This document shows, one piece after another, positions 52,561 through 62,042 of a stretch of 64,000 nt of DNA. Each line of letters starts with the position of its first letter. The first letter of the stretch is position 1. A program made the position numbers and the translations under genes. The DNA comes from Saprospiraceae bacterium. Lineage in GTDB: Bacteria; Bacteroidota; Bacteroidia; Chitinophagales; Saprospiraceae. The notes beneath the pieces are model-generated. The model ran no database searches. It was given only the letters and a program-made list of their open reading frames with translations, and was not told where the DNA came from. The stretch covers positions 10,174 through 74,173 of the forward strand of contig JAIPBE010000005.1 in the NCBI GenBank assembly GCA_021738725.1. The letters run 5' to 3'.

Positions 52561-55500
52561 TCAGTGGATCACCAACCGGCCAGTAGCCATTCGCCCTCCC
52601 TCATCCCGGCCGATGAGGAGATACAATCCCGGTGTCATCTGCCCTACCTCCAGACGAATGGGCACCAGGATGTCATTCCATTCAGTCATCGCCTGCCCCA
52701 AGGCATCCAGCAACTGCAGGTGCCAGCGTGCTGGTGAATGTGGCCCATCTGGCAGGTCCAGAACAATATAGGCTCTTGCTGGATTGGGTATGATCGAGAA
52801 TACAGATCTCCGGGTGACGTCTGCGGCATCTATCGACGTCATCACTTCGACCTTGACGCACCCTGTATCCACACAATTGTATTGATCTGTCACCTGAACG
52901 CAATATGTATTGGGTGCCAGGCTATAAGCAGTATCTGTCACCTGGCTCATCGCATTGACATCCCATTGGATCGAATAAGGAGGCGTTCCACCCTGGGGTA
53001 CCACGACAGCCTGGCCATTCGATTTGCCGGGATCAGCCGGTATACTGAAGAGATCGCCGATCCATAGGACAGGATGCCCGACATCAATGCCAGATTCAAT
53101 CAGGGAGCAACCTTCCTTATCCGTGATCGTAACACTGTAGGTGCCAGTGGGCACATTAACCAGATCCAGCGTCGTATCGCCGGTACTCCACAAATATGAA
53201 TAGGGCGGAGTCCCCCCTCCGGTATTTGTATATATCTTGGAAAAAGGATCGCATTCATCCACGGAAGTCGGGATCATCACAAGGGTACTTCCCCCAGGTA
53301 CGACCAGACAGGTATCCCGAATACATTTATATTGATCCTGAATCGTGACACAATAGGTACCGGGTGCCAATCCATTCCGAAATTTCTCTGTCGATCCATC
53401 ACTCCACAGATATTGATAATCCTGCACCCCTCCTTTCATTTTGATATCAATCGAACCTGTCTCTGCACTCGAACAATCATCCGGCTGGATCGAAACATTC
53501 TGGTATGTGAACAGAGAAGGCGGCCCCAGGATGGTGATCTGCTGGGACAGAGTCTTGGAACAACCATGTTTATCAACAACGATGGCCGTGTAGTTTCCGG
53601 GCTTTAGATTCTTAGGGCTTTGCACCGAGGAATAAGACACTGAATCTCGGAACCAGAATGTCTTGTACGGAGTCACCCCGCCATTTACATACAGGGTGAT
53701 CGCCCCATCCTTGGCACCAAAACAGGTTTCATTCTTGATCAATGAAGGGGGGATGGTCAGATCCAGAGGATCGGGTTCTTCGATGGAGACAGGTCCATAG
53801 ACCAGTACGCACCCTCTGTTGTCCGTTAAAGTAACAGAATAGTTGCCCGCTCCCAAACCATGAACGCCATCAATGGGAACATTGAGGTCCTTTTCCTGCC
53901 CGCTGCTCCAATTGTATTGATAAGGAGATTCACCTCCGAAAACCTGAACCGTGATGGATCCATTCTGATCGCCAAAGCAGACCGGATCATCTTTCTGTAT
54001 CAATTGCACCTGGTAGTTCTGGCCGTTATTGCTGACAGCGATCCCGGACAGGCTTGCCTGACATTGGTTAGCATCTGTGACTGTTACGGAATAGAAACCC
54101 GGAGGAACGTTTTGCGGGTCCTGGATCATCAGCCCGTTCTGCCATTTGTACATAAATGGTCCATGCCCCGTCACCGCGATGTCAATATCCCCTGATGAAG
54201 TCAGGCCACACTCCGCGTACTGGATCCCGAGAAGGCTCACCTCTAATGGGCTTTTTTGTTGTAGAACCAAACCGGACAATGAATTGGTACAACCCAACAG
54301 ATCCGAAACTGTCACTGCATAATTCCCCGAAGGGAGATTGACCAGTGGATTGGTTTGACCTCCGGAAGTCCAATTGTATGCATAATTGCCGCTTCCTCCA
54401 GTCACCGCTATAGAGACACTTCCATCCAATAGAAAATCACAAGTCGGATCATGAAGGTCAACCACCTCCATCAGCAAGGGATCAGACACTGGGAGTATGG
54501 TATCCCCCAGGACGATCGAACAGCCATGTTGATCGGTCACAGTGACCTGATAGGTTCCGGCCTTCAATCCAGTGACCGTCGATTGCCCTGTGCCAAAAGA
54601 CCACTGGTAAGCATAAGGTTGCACACCTCCGACGACCTGCACGCCCAGTTGTCCATCTGCTGATCCTTTGCAGGTTTCAGGCACGGCGAGTGTCCAGCTC
54701 CCTGACAGGGCTGCCTCTTCAGAAATCGACAGGTTGCCAATGGAAAAAGTACAGTTCTTTTGATCGGTGATGGAGACTGCATATGTGCCTGGAGAAAGTT
54801 GGGATCTATCCTTACTGGTTGCATTGTCAGACCATAAAAAATGGTAGGGCGTTGTTCCACCCGTCACAAGCAATTGAATGCTTCCATTCTGCTGTCCCTG
54901 GCATCCGACATTCTGTATATTGTACGTGGCAAGAAGTGGAAGCGGTTGTGTGACCACAAATGAATCCGATCGAATGGAGCAGCCACTCTGATCCGTGATG
55001 GTCACCCTGTAAACACCTGCCCCCACTCCATTGAGATGTTGGTTTTGTGAGCCTGTATTCCACAGATAGGTGTATGGCATCACACCTCCATTGACGGCCA
55101 GATCCACAGAACCGGACTGCTCACCAAAACAGTGGGCCGGTTGTACCTGTCCACCTACGACCAATGGGTTTGCTGCATTCACGATCAGGCTCTGAAGGAC
55201 GATACTGCATCCACCTCCAGTGATTGTCACCTGGTAGTTCCCGGGCGACAGCGAAAAGACATCCTTCGTGGTAGGCCCATGACTCCAGGCATAAGAAGAC
55301 ACAAGACCGCTGACATTCAACAGAATGGACCCATCTTGTTGATCCTTGCATGATTCACTCTGGATGGAAATAGAATTTACTGTTGGACCAGGTCCATTAA
55401 CCACGATGGGTGCCGGGGACGCCGTGCAGCCGGTGCCCGGATGGGTCAGCGTCAACGAGTAACTGCCCTGTTTCAAACCCGGGATGGTAAAACTTCCGGA

Positions 55501-58359
55501 TTGATTCAAAGCCGAGCCTGAAACCGGACCCGACCATGCATAATGGTATGAGCCGGCTGCCTGGGGACTAACCGTAATACTTCCATTTGATCCCCCACAA
55601 GAGGTCACATCCGTGCTTCCGATGCTCAGAGAAGGTATACCTGCCAGGGTGATCACGGATATCCCATCCGAACTCTGGCATCCTCTGGCATCCGATACAC
55701 TCACCTGATAGGATTGAGAACCTGGTATATTTCCAGCGATCACAGGAGAATAGAACTGGTTAAAACCTGTGGACCAGATAAAATTGAAGGGTCCCAACCC
55801 GCCGCCGGATATTTGTGCCTGCAACAAACCGGACTCCCCGGCACAGAGCGAAAGTGGATCTGGATTGACGATATTGACATTCGGTTTTGACCAAACCTGA
55901 ATCGGGATTGCCAATTCGTCTCGACAACCGAAATCAGTTTGTGCCAGGATAAAATAGGTGGTCGATACCAGCGGCGAAATCCTGGTATTAAACAGTTGAT
56001 TGTTTGGCCCGGCAGGTGACCCGGTGTGATATGTCCAGGAGGCAGCGCTCAGGCTGAGATCTGAAACAGGCAAGTCCTTCAGGTCCAGAGTATCTCCTGC
56101 ACAAAGTCCACCCATCGGACCGGCAATGAGGTTGGGTTGATCCGTAACAGAAACCTGAACTGCTTTCCGATTACTGGCACAGGGAAACAGGAGGCTGCTA
56201 TCCGCCAAATAGTAGGTTGTGGTCTGAGATAGTGGGGGTGTAACGAAGCTAGAACCCACATGGATCGCATTGCCCCCAACAGGCAAGTCATACCAATAGA
56301 TCTGTCCAAAGGGTGGTGATTTGACCTCCAATGTTGCACTCAATCCGCGGCACAGAAGCACATTGTCAATAGAGGGCAACGGTGCCTGTGAATCATCATT
56401 CATCCCATTGCAATTTTCATCAATCTGATTGCAGGTGATCTCCATGCCATTCGGATGAATGGATAGATTCATATCATTGCAATCCAGCGCGTTTTGGGAA
56501 TATCCAGCAGGTATAACAGAGGAGCATGTGAAAAATGGTGTGCCGGGGTCGCCAAATCCATCCCCGTCAGCATCCCGATAGTAGACCACATCGGGCTGCC
56601 CGAGAGGGATCAACCCATAAAATGTCAGATCATCAAGGGCCATTTGGCTTGTCCTGGAAGGGCCGCTCACCCCTCTCAACCGCAATTGAATAGTATCGCC
56701 ACTGAACGCACTCAGATCGAGGTAGATCTTGTGCCACTGACTGCCCTGGTTTCCCGATGTTTCCCAAATTGGCACCCAGGTAACCCCTCCGTCTCGTGTC
56801 GCTTCTGCATGGAGGCTCCCCATGGTCTGCCCCCACATATGATAATAGAAGGACATATGGCAGGATTCGCCTGGCGGGTCATTGACGATCAGGCATCCTG
56901 ATTGCAGGATGGCTTGTGCTCCTTTCTGGCAGTCTGTGTTGAGCGTTTCCAGATAGAGATAGTTGCCAGACCCGCTCACATCTGCAAAGGGTCCGGTTTG
57001 CAACTCAACAGTGGCCGGACCTTGACGCACCAACCAATCAAAGTCATCTCCAGACTGGCGGTTATCCCAAAAACTGTTGAGTGGATAGTCAATGCCACAT
57101 ATACAGTTCCCACCGCAGGGTTGCATCGCATCAAAAGTCTCCTTCAGGGTGATGGGTTGGCTGATGTCACAATCCGTCGTAAACGACAACGGGCAACTGT
57201 TCGCCGAACTGGCGCCACCCGGACAAACAGACCGGATATAGACATCGTAAGCAGTGGAGGCCGCCAGTCCGGTAAGAAAAAGATTTCCAGCCCCCTGACA
57301 TGTTTGTGTCACAATAGTGCCTTGCCCAGCAGATAGTCCGCTTCCTGGCTGAAAGCCGGGGGGGCAATATTCCACAACGACTTGATTACAGTCACCAGAG
57401 AAAGACCAATATAAGTCGGCTGTGGTAGGCGTCAACTGGCCCAGGAGCAAATCGAAGGGCGGCGGACAGTTAAGATTGGCAAATTGGATCCTCAAATAAC
57501 GGAGTGACCCGGTATCTGCTTTCGCATCATCACAGATTCGGAGTTGCCAGATCCCTGCAGGGTCCGATCCATCATTAAAGCCATTCAGATGTTCATCAGG
57601 TTTGAACGTCCCAATAAAGTTGGATGCGTGTTCGATTGGATTCAGTGCCTGGCAATCAGTAGATGAAAACCGGCAGAGCTGGGTGCAGGTCGGATCCGCA
57701 GGATTGCCCAGATGATCTCTGGACTGTCCATGTTCCTCAAACAGTTTGACTTGTTGCCCGGATGGGGAGACCAGGGCAATATGCAGATCTGCCAGAAACG
57801 TATGCCGGATGATCAGATCAACAGAAGACACGGCGATATCCTCGCCCAACATGGTGCCGGCCTGGTTGTCCACTTCGATGGAAAAAACATTCTCAACCGG
57901 ACAGTTGTCGTCATTGATGGTGAAATACATCCCACATTCGCTGGGGTTGGGGCTGGCTGTGGTAAATGTAAATGGGAAAAAGGTCCATCCGCTTTTTTCT
58001 GCCCCGGCGTTGCAGATCGCCCGAATGCGGACCCGATAGGTGGTTGCTGGGTTCAAATTGGCCAACAGAAACGGATTGCTCTGTGCAACATGGGTCGGCG
58101 TTCCAAAAAATGGTTGATTACCGGATCTGACCTCCAGCTCCCAGGTATTGGTCCCATTTTGATCAAGCCAGGACAGGGTCACTTCATTCGTCTGAATATT
58201 GGATACTGCTATATTTCCCGGGCTATAACAAACCACGCCCCTCCCCTCCTCCGGCTGGGCCTGGACAGGATGAATCACGAAAATTGCCCATCCCACGAGG
58301 AGAAGCACCGATAAAGGAAGCTTGGCAGCGCCGAAACGGCGAAGAGGGGTAATTGGCAT
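52561..58359 (-). CDS. 1932-aa T9SS-sorted surface protein with FN3, proprotein-convertase P-domain, FN3, MAM domain, a putative metal-binding (MopE-like) motif, 13 SprB-type repeats and a type-A CTD
   Basis: The signal peptide is MPITPLRRFGAAKLPLSVLLLVGWAIFVIHPVQA. Domain motifs are listed in the sub-features. Confidence 0.9.
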   Translation of the reverse strand: MPITPLRRFGAAKLPLSVLLLVGWAIFVIHPVQAQPEEGRGVVCYSPGNIAVSNIQTNEVTLSWLDQNGTNTWELEVRSGNQPFFGTPTHVAQSNPFLLANLNPATTYRVRIRAICNAGAEKSGWTFFPFTFTTASPNPSECGMYFTINDDNCPVENVFSIEVDNQAGTMLGEDIAVSSVDLIIRHTFLADLHIALVSPSGQQVKLFEEHGQSRDHLGNPADPTCTQLCRFSSTDCQALNPIEHASNFIGTFKPDEHLNGFNDGSDPAGIWQLRICDDAKADTGSLRYLRIQFANLNCPPPFDLLLGQLTPTTADLYWSFSGDCNQVVVEYCPPGFQPGSGLSAGQGTIVTQTCQGAGNLFLTGLAASTAYDVYIRSVCPGGASSANSCPLSFTTDCDISQPITLKETFDAMQPCGGNCICGIDYPLNSFWDNRQSGDDFDWLVRQGPATVELQTGPFADVSGSGNYLYLETLNTDCQKGAQAILQSGCLIVNDPPGESCHMSFYYHMWGQTMGSLHAEATRDGGVTWVPIWETSGNQGSQWHKIYLDLSAFSGDTIQLRLRGVSGPSRTSQMALDDLTFYGLIPLGQPDVVYYRDADGDGFGDPGTPFFTCSSVIPAGYSQNALDCNDMNLSIHPNGMEITCNQIDENCNGMNDDSQAPLPSIDNVLLCRGLSATLEVKSPPFGQIYWYDLPVGGNAIHVGSSFVTPPLSQTTTYYLADSSLLFPCASNRKAVQVSVTDQPNLIAGPMGGLCAGDTLDLKDLPVSDLSLSAASWTYHTGSPAGPNNQLFNTRISPLVSTTYFILAQTDFGCRDELAIPIQVWSKPNVNIVNPDPLSLCAGESGLLQAQISGGGLGPFNFIWSTGFNQFYSPVIAGNIPGSQSYQVSVSDARGCQSSDGISVITLAGIPSLSIGSTDVTSCGGSNGSITVSPQAAGSYHYAWSGPVSGSALNQSGSFTIPGLKQGSYSLTLTHPGTGCTASPAPIVVNGPGPTVNSISIQSESCKDQQDGSILLNVSGLVSSYAWSHGPTTKDVFSLSPGNYQVTITGGGCSIVLQSLIVNAANPLVVGGQVQPAHCFGEQSGSVDLAVNGGVMPYTYLWNTGSQNQHLNGVGAGVYRVTITDQSGCSIRSDSFVVTQPLPLLATYNIQNVGCQGQQNGSIQLLVTGGTTPYHFLWSDNATSKDRSQLSPGTYAVSITDQKNCTFSIGNLSISEEAALSGSWTLAVPETCKGSADGQLGVQVVGGVQPYAYQWSFGTGQSTVTGLKAGTYQVTVTDQHGCSIVLGDTILPVSDPLLMEVVDLHDPTCDFLLDGSVSIAVTGGSGNYAYNWTSGGQTNPLVNLPSGNYAVTVSDLLGCTNSLSGLVLQQKSPLEVSLLGIQYAECGLTSSGDIDIAVTGHGPFMYKWQNGLMIQDPQNVPPGFYSVTVTDANQCQASLSGIAVSNNGQNYQVQLIQKDDPVCFGDQNGSITVQVFGGESPYQYNWSSGQEKDLNVPIDGVHGLGAGNYSVTLTDNRGCVLVYGPVSIEEPDPLDLTIPPSLIKNETCFGAKDGAITLYVNGGVTPYKTFWFRDSVSYSSVQSPKNLKPGNYTAIVVDKHGCSKTLSQQITILGPPSLFTYQNVSIQPDDCSSAETGSIDIKMKGGVQDYQYLWSDGSTEKFRNGLAPGTYCVTIQDQYKCIRDTCLVVPGGSTLVMIPTSVDECDPFSKIYTNTGGGTPPYSYLWSTGDTTLDLVNVPTGTYSVTITDKEGCSLIESGIDVGHPVLWIGDLFSIPADPGKSNGQAVVVPQGGTPPYSIQWDVNAMSQVTDTAYSLAPNTYCVQVTDQYNCVDTGCVKVEVMTSIDAADVTRRSVFSIIPNPARAYIVLDLPDGPHSPARWHLQLLDALGQAMTEWNDILVPIRLEVGQMTPGLYLLIGRDEGGRMATGRLVIH
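52564..52806 (-). other. T9SS type-A C-terminal sorting domain
   Basis: FSIIPNPARAYIVLDL ... MTPGLYLLIGRDEGGRMATGRLVIH. Confidence 0.75.
52845..55850 (-). repeat. Array of 13 tandem SprB-type repeats (~75-80 aa, ~230 bp each, divergent at the DNA level)
   Basis: The recurrent unit is C.G..DG.I.V.V.GG..PY.Y.WS.G......L..L..G.Y.VTVTD..GC. Examples are GGVMPYTYLWN, GGTTPYHFLWS, GGVQPYAYQWS, GGESPYQYNWS and GGGTPPYSYLWS. The array coordinates are approximate. Confidence 0.8.
56614..57147 (-). other. MAM domain-like module
   Basis: FD....C......W.N.QSGDDFDWLVRQGPA....TGP..D.SGSGNYLYLE........A.L.S.C.......C.MSFYYHMWG..MGSL......DGG.TW..IW..SGNQG..W.........SGDTIQLR..G..G....S.MALDD. The boundaries are approximate. 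Confidence 0.6.
57472..57912 (-). other. Proprotein convertase P-domain-like module
   Basis: DNCPVENVFSIEV....I.SVDLIIRHTFLADLHIALVSPSGQQVKLFE....GIWQLRICDDAKADTGSL..LRIQF is the typical P-domain pattern. The boundaries are approximate. Confidence 0.55.
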
Positions 58360-58410
58360 GGATGTCGGAAGGAAACATTAAAAATACGACCTTCCAGGGT
58401 AAACTGAAAG

Positions 58411-61275
58411 TCAACCGGCCACGATGTTGATCATTCTCCCTGGAACAACAATCATCTTTCGAATGGTCAGGCCATCGATCCACTTTCCAATCTCCGGCAT
58501 GGCTAACGCAAGCTCTTCCAATCTCCTTTGATCTGTGTCGGTGGGGACTGTCATTTCCGCCCTGCGTTTACCATTCACACTCACGGGATAGGTGACTTCA
58601 TCCGCGACCAAATAGGCTTCGATCACTTCAGGGTAGTCTGCATGATGAACAGAACTCTCCTTTCCTAACAAATGCCACAGCTCCTCAGAAATATGGGGTG
58701 CAAATGGTGCCAGTAATCGCACCAGCGGCTCCAGAATTTCCTGATGATGACAATCCAGACGCTTCAATTCATTGACGCAGATCATGAAATGGCTTACACA
58801 GGTGTTGATGGAAAAACGATTAATATCGTCTCGGACTCGCTGAATGGTTTGATGCAGAATGCGTAGACTATCCCTGTCAGGCTCTCCAGTCTGTTGAACC
58901 AACCATTGGTCCTGGTGCGAAAACAGGGTCCAAAAGCGCTTTAGAAACTTGGAGACGCCATCAATCCCTTTGGTGTCCCAGGGCTTGCTTTGCTCAATGG
59001 GCCCCAGAAACATTTCATACATCCGGAAGCAATCCGCACCATAGACTTTCACCACATCATCCGGGTTGATGACGTTGTATTTAGACTTACTCATTTTTCC
59101 CACCTCAGAGTGGGTGTACAAATGGGGGCTGTTTTCGGCGCCTTTGGGAGTGAACACACCATTCTCATAAGTCCCTTTAGCGCATTCGAAAATGGCATCT
59201 CGATATTCCGGCCGCCAATCGATAAAGTGTTTGATGCTCTCCAGATCCAGATAGGAACTGTCCGTACCATATTCCTTGATATAGTCGATCAAGACCGGGA
59301 TCTGAATGTACTTCTGGACATCATCGGCCTCGGCCAGGCCGGCACAACGAAATAGATGTTTCCCGTTGACTTTTTCCTTCAACAGATAGATCGACTCAAT
59401 GACCCCCTGGATCATGCCCTGGTTGATCAACTTCCGGAATGGCTCATTTGTCGGCAAATATCCAAGGTCGAACAAGAATTTATGCCAGAATCTGGAGTAC
59501 ATCAAATGCCCAACAGCATGCTCTGTACCGCCGATATACAGGTCTACATCCTGCCAGTACTCCAGCGCTTCCCGAGAGACAAATGCTTCAGGATTATCTG
59601 CGTCCATGTACCGCAGGAAATACCAGCTGGAACCGGCATAACCTGGCATGGTATCCGTTTCACGCCTGGCACCATCCGCCAGCTCGACCCAATCCCGGGC
59701 TCGAGCCAGAGGTGAATGCCCATCTGCCGTCGGTTTGAAATTATCCAGTGGCGGCAGGGTCACAGGTAACTCCTCCTCCTGAACAGGATGAGGGATCCCG
59801 TCTTTGTCAAAAATGATGGGAAACGGTTCACCCCAATATCGCTGGCGGGAAAACAGAGCATCTCGCAGCCTGTAATTGATCTTGCGCTCTCCAATGGCCT
59901 TCTCTTGCAGCTTGTCGATCACCAATTGAATCGCGTCGGACACCAGGAGGCCATTTAAAAAGTCGGAATGGATCATCCGGCCGACCTTGTCTTCACGTTT
60001 GGCATCAGGCCATTCAGCCCGATCAATTATGTCAATGACAGGCAATCCCGCCATCTCAGCAAAGGCCAGATCCCGGTCATCATCTGCTGGCACTGCCATG
60101 ATCGCCCCGGAACCATAATCCTTCAGAACATATTCTGCTGTCCAAATGGGAATCTGTTCTCCAGAGAAGGGATGCATCACATAAGAACCGGTAAAAACCC
60201 CGGTCATCTGCTTGACCTCAGACATTCGGTCACGTTCACTTCTGGAGTTGACATACTGCAGATATGCTTCCACCTTCTCTTTCTGGTCCGGCGTGGTCAA
60301 CTCGGGCAACAGGTCATGCTCCGGTGCAACGACCATAAATGTGACACCAAATATGGTATCCGGACGCGTGGTAAAGACCTCCAGGGAATGATTCGAATCG
60401 GATATGGAAAAGAAGATCCGGGCTCCTTCAGAACGACCGATCCAATTGCGTTGCATGGCTTTCAGGGCATCGGACCAATTCAGTTCCTCCATGTCATGGA
60501 GCAACCGCTCTGCGTAAGCGGTGATCCGTAATGACCACTGTAACATCGGTCGACGTTCCACCGGGAATCCGCCTCGTTCGGACAGCCCGTCTTTGACTTC
60601 ATCATTGGCCAGAACTGTCCCGAGAGCCTCACACCAGTTCACAAAACTGACTCGTCGATAGGCCAGGCGGTAATTCATCAACACCTCTTCCTGACGGATG
60701 TTTGACATCGTCCTCCACTCTTCTGCTGTGAATTGCATCTCCTCACCGAAGCTTGCCGTCAGGTTGTTCGTCCCGTTTTGTTGAAAATGCCCCGCGAGTT
60801 CCTGAATGGGCCTCGCTTTCTGAAGTTTCTGGTCATACCAATGCAAAAAAAGCTGGATGAAGATCCATTGAGTCCACTTGTAGTAATCCGGCTCTGAAGT
60901 ATTTACCTCCCGTGACCAGTCGTAGTTAAATCCAAGATTTCGCAATTGCTCCCGATACCGGGCGATATTGTCTCTGGTCGAGTCGGATGGGTGTACTCCC
61001 GTTTGGATGGCATACTGTTCTGCTGGTAACCCAAAAGCATCAAACCCCATAGGATGGAGGACATTATAGCCCTCCATTCGCTTGAATCGGGCAAAGATAT
61101 CAGAAGCGATATAGCCTAATGGATGACCGACATGGAGACCGGCCCCCGACGGATACGGAAACATATCCAACACATAATATTTGGGACGACCTGGTACCAG
61201 ATCTACCTTGTAGGTGCCTTGTTCGGCCCACCAAGATTGCCACTTGGCCTCCAATTCCTGTATCCGATATTCCAT
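58411..61275 (-). CDS. leuS: Leucine--tRNA ligase
   Basis: W.E...YK....P.KYYVLDMFPYPSGAGLHVGHPLGY is the HIGH region, and KMSKSKYN is the KMSKS loop. It is 954 aa long. Confidence 0.97.
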   Translation of the reverse strand: MEYRIQELEAKWQSWWAEQGTYKVDLVPGRPKYYVLDMFPYPSGAGLHVGHPLGYIASDIFARFKRMEGYNVLHPMGFDAFGLPAEQYAIQTGVHPSDSTRDNIARYREQLRNLGFNYDWSREVNTSEPDYYKWTQWIFIQLFLHWYDQKLQKARPIQELAGHFQQNGTNNLTASFGEEMQFTAEEWRTMSNIRQEEVLMNYRLAYRRVSFVNWCEALGTVLANDEVKDGLSERGGFPVERRPMLQWSLRITAYAERLLHDMEELNWSDALKAMQRNWIGRSEGARIFFSISDSNHSLEVFTTRPDTIFGVTFMVVAPEHDLLPELTTPDQKEKVEAYLQYVNSRSERDRMSEVKQMTGVFTGSYVMHPFSGEQIPIWTAEYVLKDYGSGAIMAVPADDDRDLAFAEMAGLPVIDIIDRAEWPDAKREDKVGRMIHSDFLNGLLVSDAIQLVIDKLQEKAIGERKINYRLRDALFSRQRYWGEPFPIIFDKDGIPHPVQEEELPVTLPPLDNFKPTADGHSPLARARDWVELADGARRETDTMPGYAGSSWYFLRYMDADNPEAFVSREALEYWQDVDLYIGGTEHAVGHLMYSRFWHKFLFDLGYLPTNEPFRKLINQGMIQGVIESIYLLKEKVNGKHLFRCAGLAEADDVQKYIQIPVLIDYIKEYGTDSSYLDLESIKHFIDWRPEYRDAIFECAKGTYENGVFTPKGAENSPHLYTHSEVGKMSKSKYNVINPDDVVKVYGADCFRMYEMFLGPIEQSKPWDTKGIDGVSKFLKRFWTLFSHQDQWLVQQTGEPDRDSLRILHQTIQRVRDDINRFSINTCVSHFMICVNELKRLDCHHQEILEPLVRLLAPFAPHISEELWHLLGKESSVHHADYPEVIEAYLVADEVTYPVSVNGKRRAEMTVPTDTDQRRLEELALAMPEIGKWIDGLTIRKMIVVPGRMINIVAG

Positions 61276-61359
61276 GACGAAGTCGATTCATTCGATTGAG
61301 GGGGCAAAGATACGAAAGTGCCTCCCCATGCACACTCCGGAAACGGTTTCCGTATCCAG

Positions 61360-61965
61360 TTATAGTGAAGCACGAATACAGGCGGAAATCCCTGACAAAG
61401 CATCGACCAGCAAGTTTCCCCTGTAATGCATGAGAACACCCGGTCCCGGAGCTGCTTCCAGGATCAGATCTGTGATCGGCAGGTCGGATGTAAACTCAAG
61501 TGTATAGATCCGCCAGGTCTGATGATCGATCAAAGGGGACCTGGCAAGGGCAATCCCTTTCCTATTGACGTCAGACAATCCTTTGACCTGTAAAGAGAGG
61601 GGCAGTCCAAACCCTGCATAATCTGCATCCCGTGCTAAAGCGATGGTGAAATAGTAGCACTTGCCAGCTTCCAGTGGAGTTTGTAAGTGTTGTAGAACGG
61701 CCTCTCGTGTACCGTCCTCCCGATTGATCAAGCCGAGGTATGTATTCCCCTGAATGGGACGCAGGTCTACAGACCATTGACCAGGTTGAATATCCGGCGT
61801 GGATCCATTTCCCCAGGGTCTCCAGTCCGGCATAGAGAAAGTGGTGCTAAAACTGGCCTCAAAGCCGCTGTTGCTGATCAGTCCCTTCCTCTGGCCAAAC
61901 AGGGCCACCAGGCTGACACACCAGATGGCCAGGATAAGACAGACAATACACGACACGTGCTTCAT
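61360..61965 (-). CDS. Hypothetical secreted protein (201 aa), possibly a beta-sandwich
   Basis: The signal peptide is MKHVSCIVCLILAIWCVSLVALFGQ. An NSGFE...W..WG motif resembles the N-terminal jelly-roll modules of some Bacteroidota envelope proteins, but this is a weak match. Confidence 0.55.
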   Translation of the reverse strand: MKHVSCIVCLILAIWCVSLVALFGQRKGLISNSGFEASFSTTFSMPDWRPWGNGSTPDIQPGQWSVDLRPIQGNTYLGLINREDGTREAVLQHLQTPLEAGKCYYFTIALARDADYAGFGLPLSLQVKGLSDVNRKGIALARSPLIDHQTWRIYTLEFTSDLPITDLILEAAPGPGVLMHYRGNLLVDALSGISACIRASL

Positions 61966-62031
61966 AATTGTGAAGATACATTGTTGCCGTACAAGAGAGG
62001 GCGGGGCGCTCCAGGAGGAGCAGAAGATGTG

Positions 62032-62039
62032 TACTTTTG
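62032..62039 (+). promoter_or_regulatory. TAnnTTTG -7 box abutting the ftsX start codon
   Basis: TACTTTTG ends 3 nt before ATG 62043. If functional, it would give a leaderless or near-leaderless ftsX mRNA. Confidence 0.3.
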
Positions 62040-62042
62040 GGT

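Noticed and set aside
58360-58410. The hairpin GGAAGG-17 nt-CCTTCC and a TATTTTTA element (minus strand) between leuS and the 1932-aa adhesin gene
   Set aside because: The stem is only 6 bp with a large loop and no T-run. The -7-like element deviates from TAnnTTTG at the final G. This is too weak to call either a terminator or a promoter.
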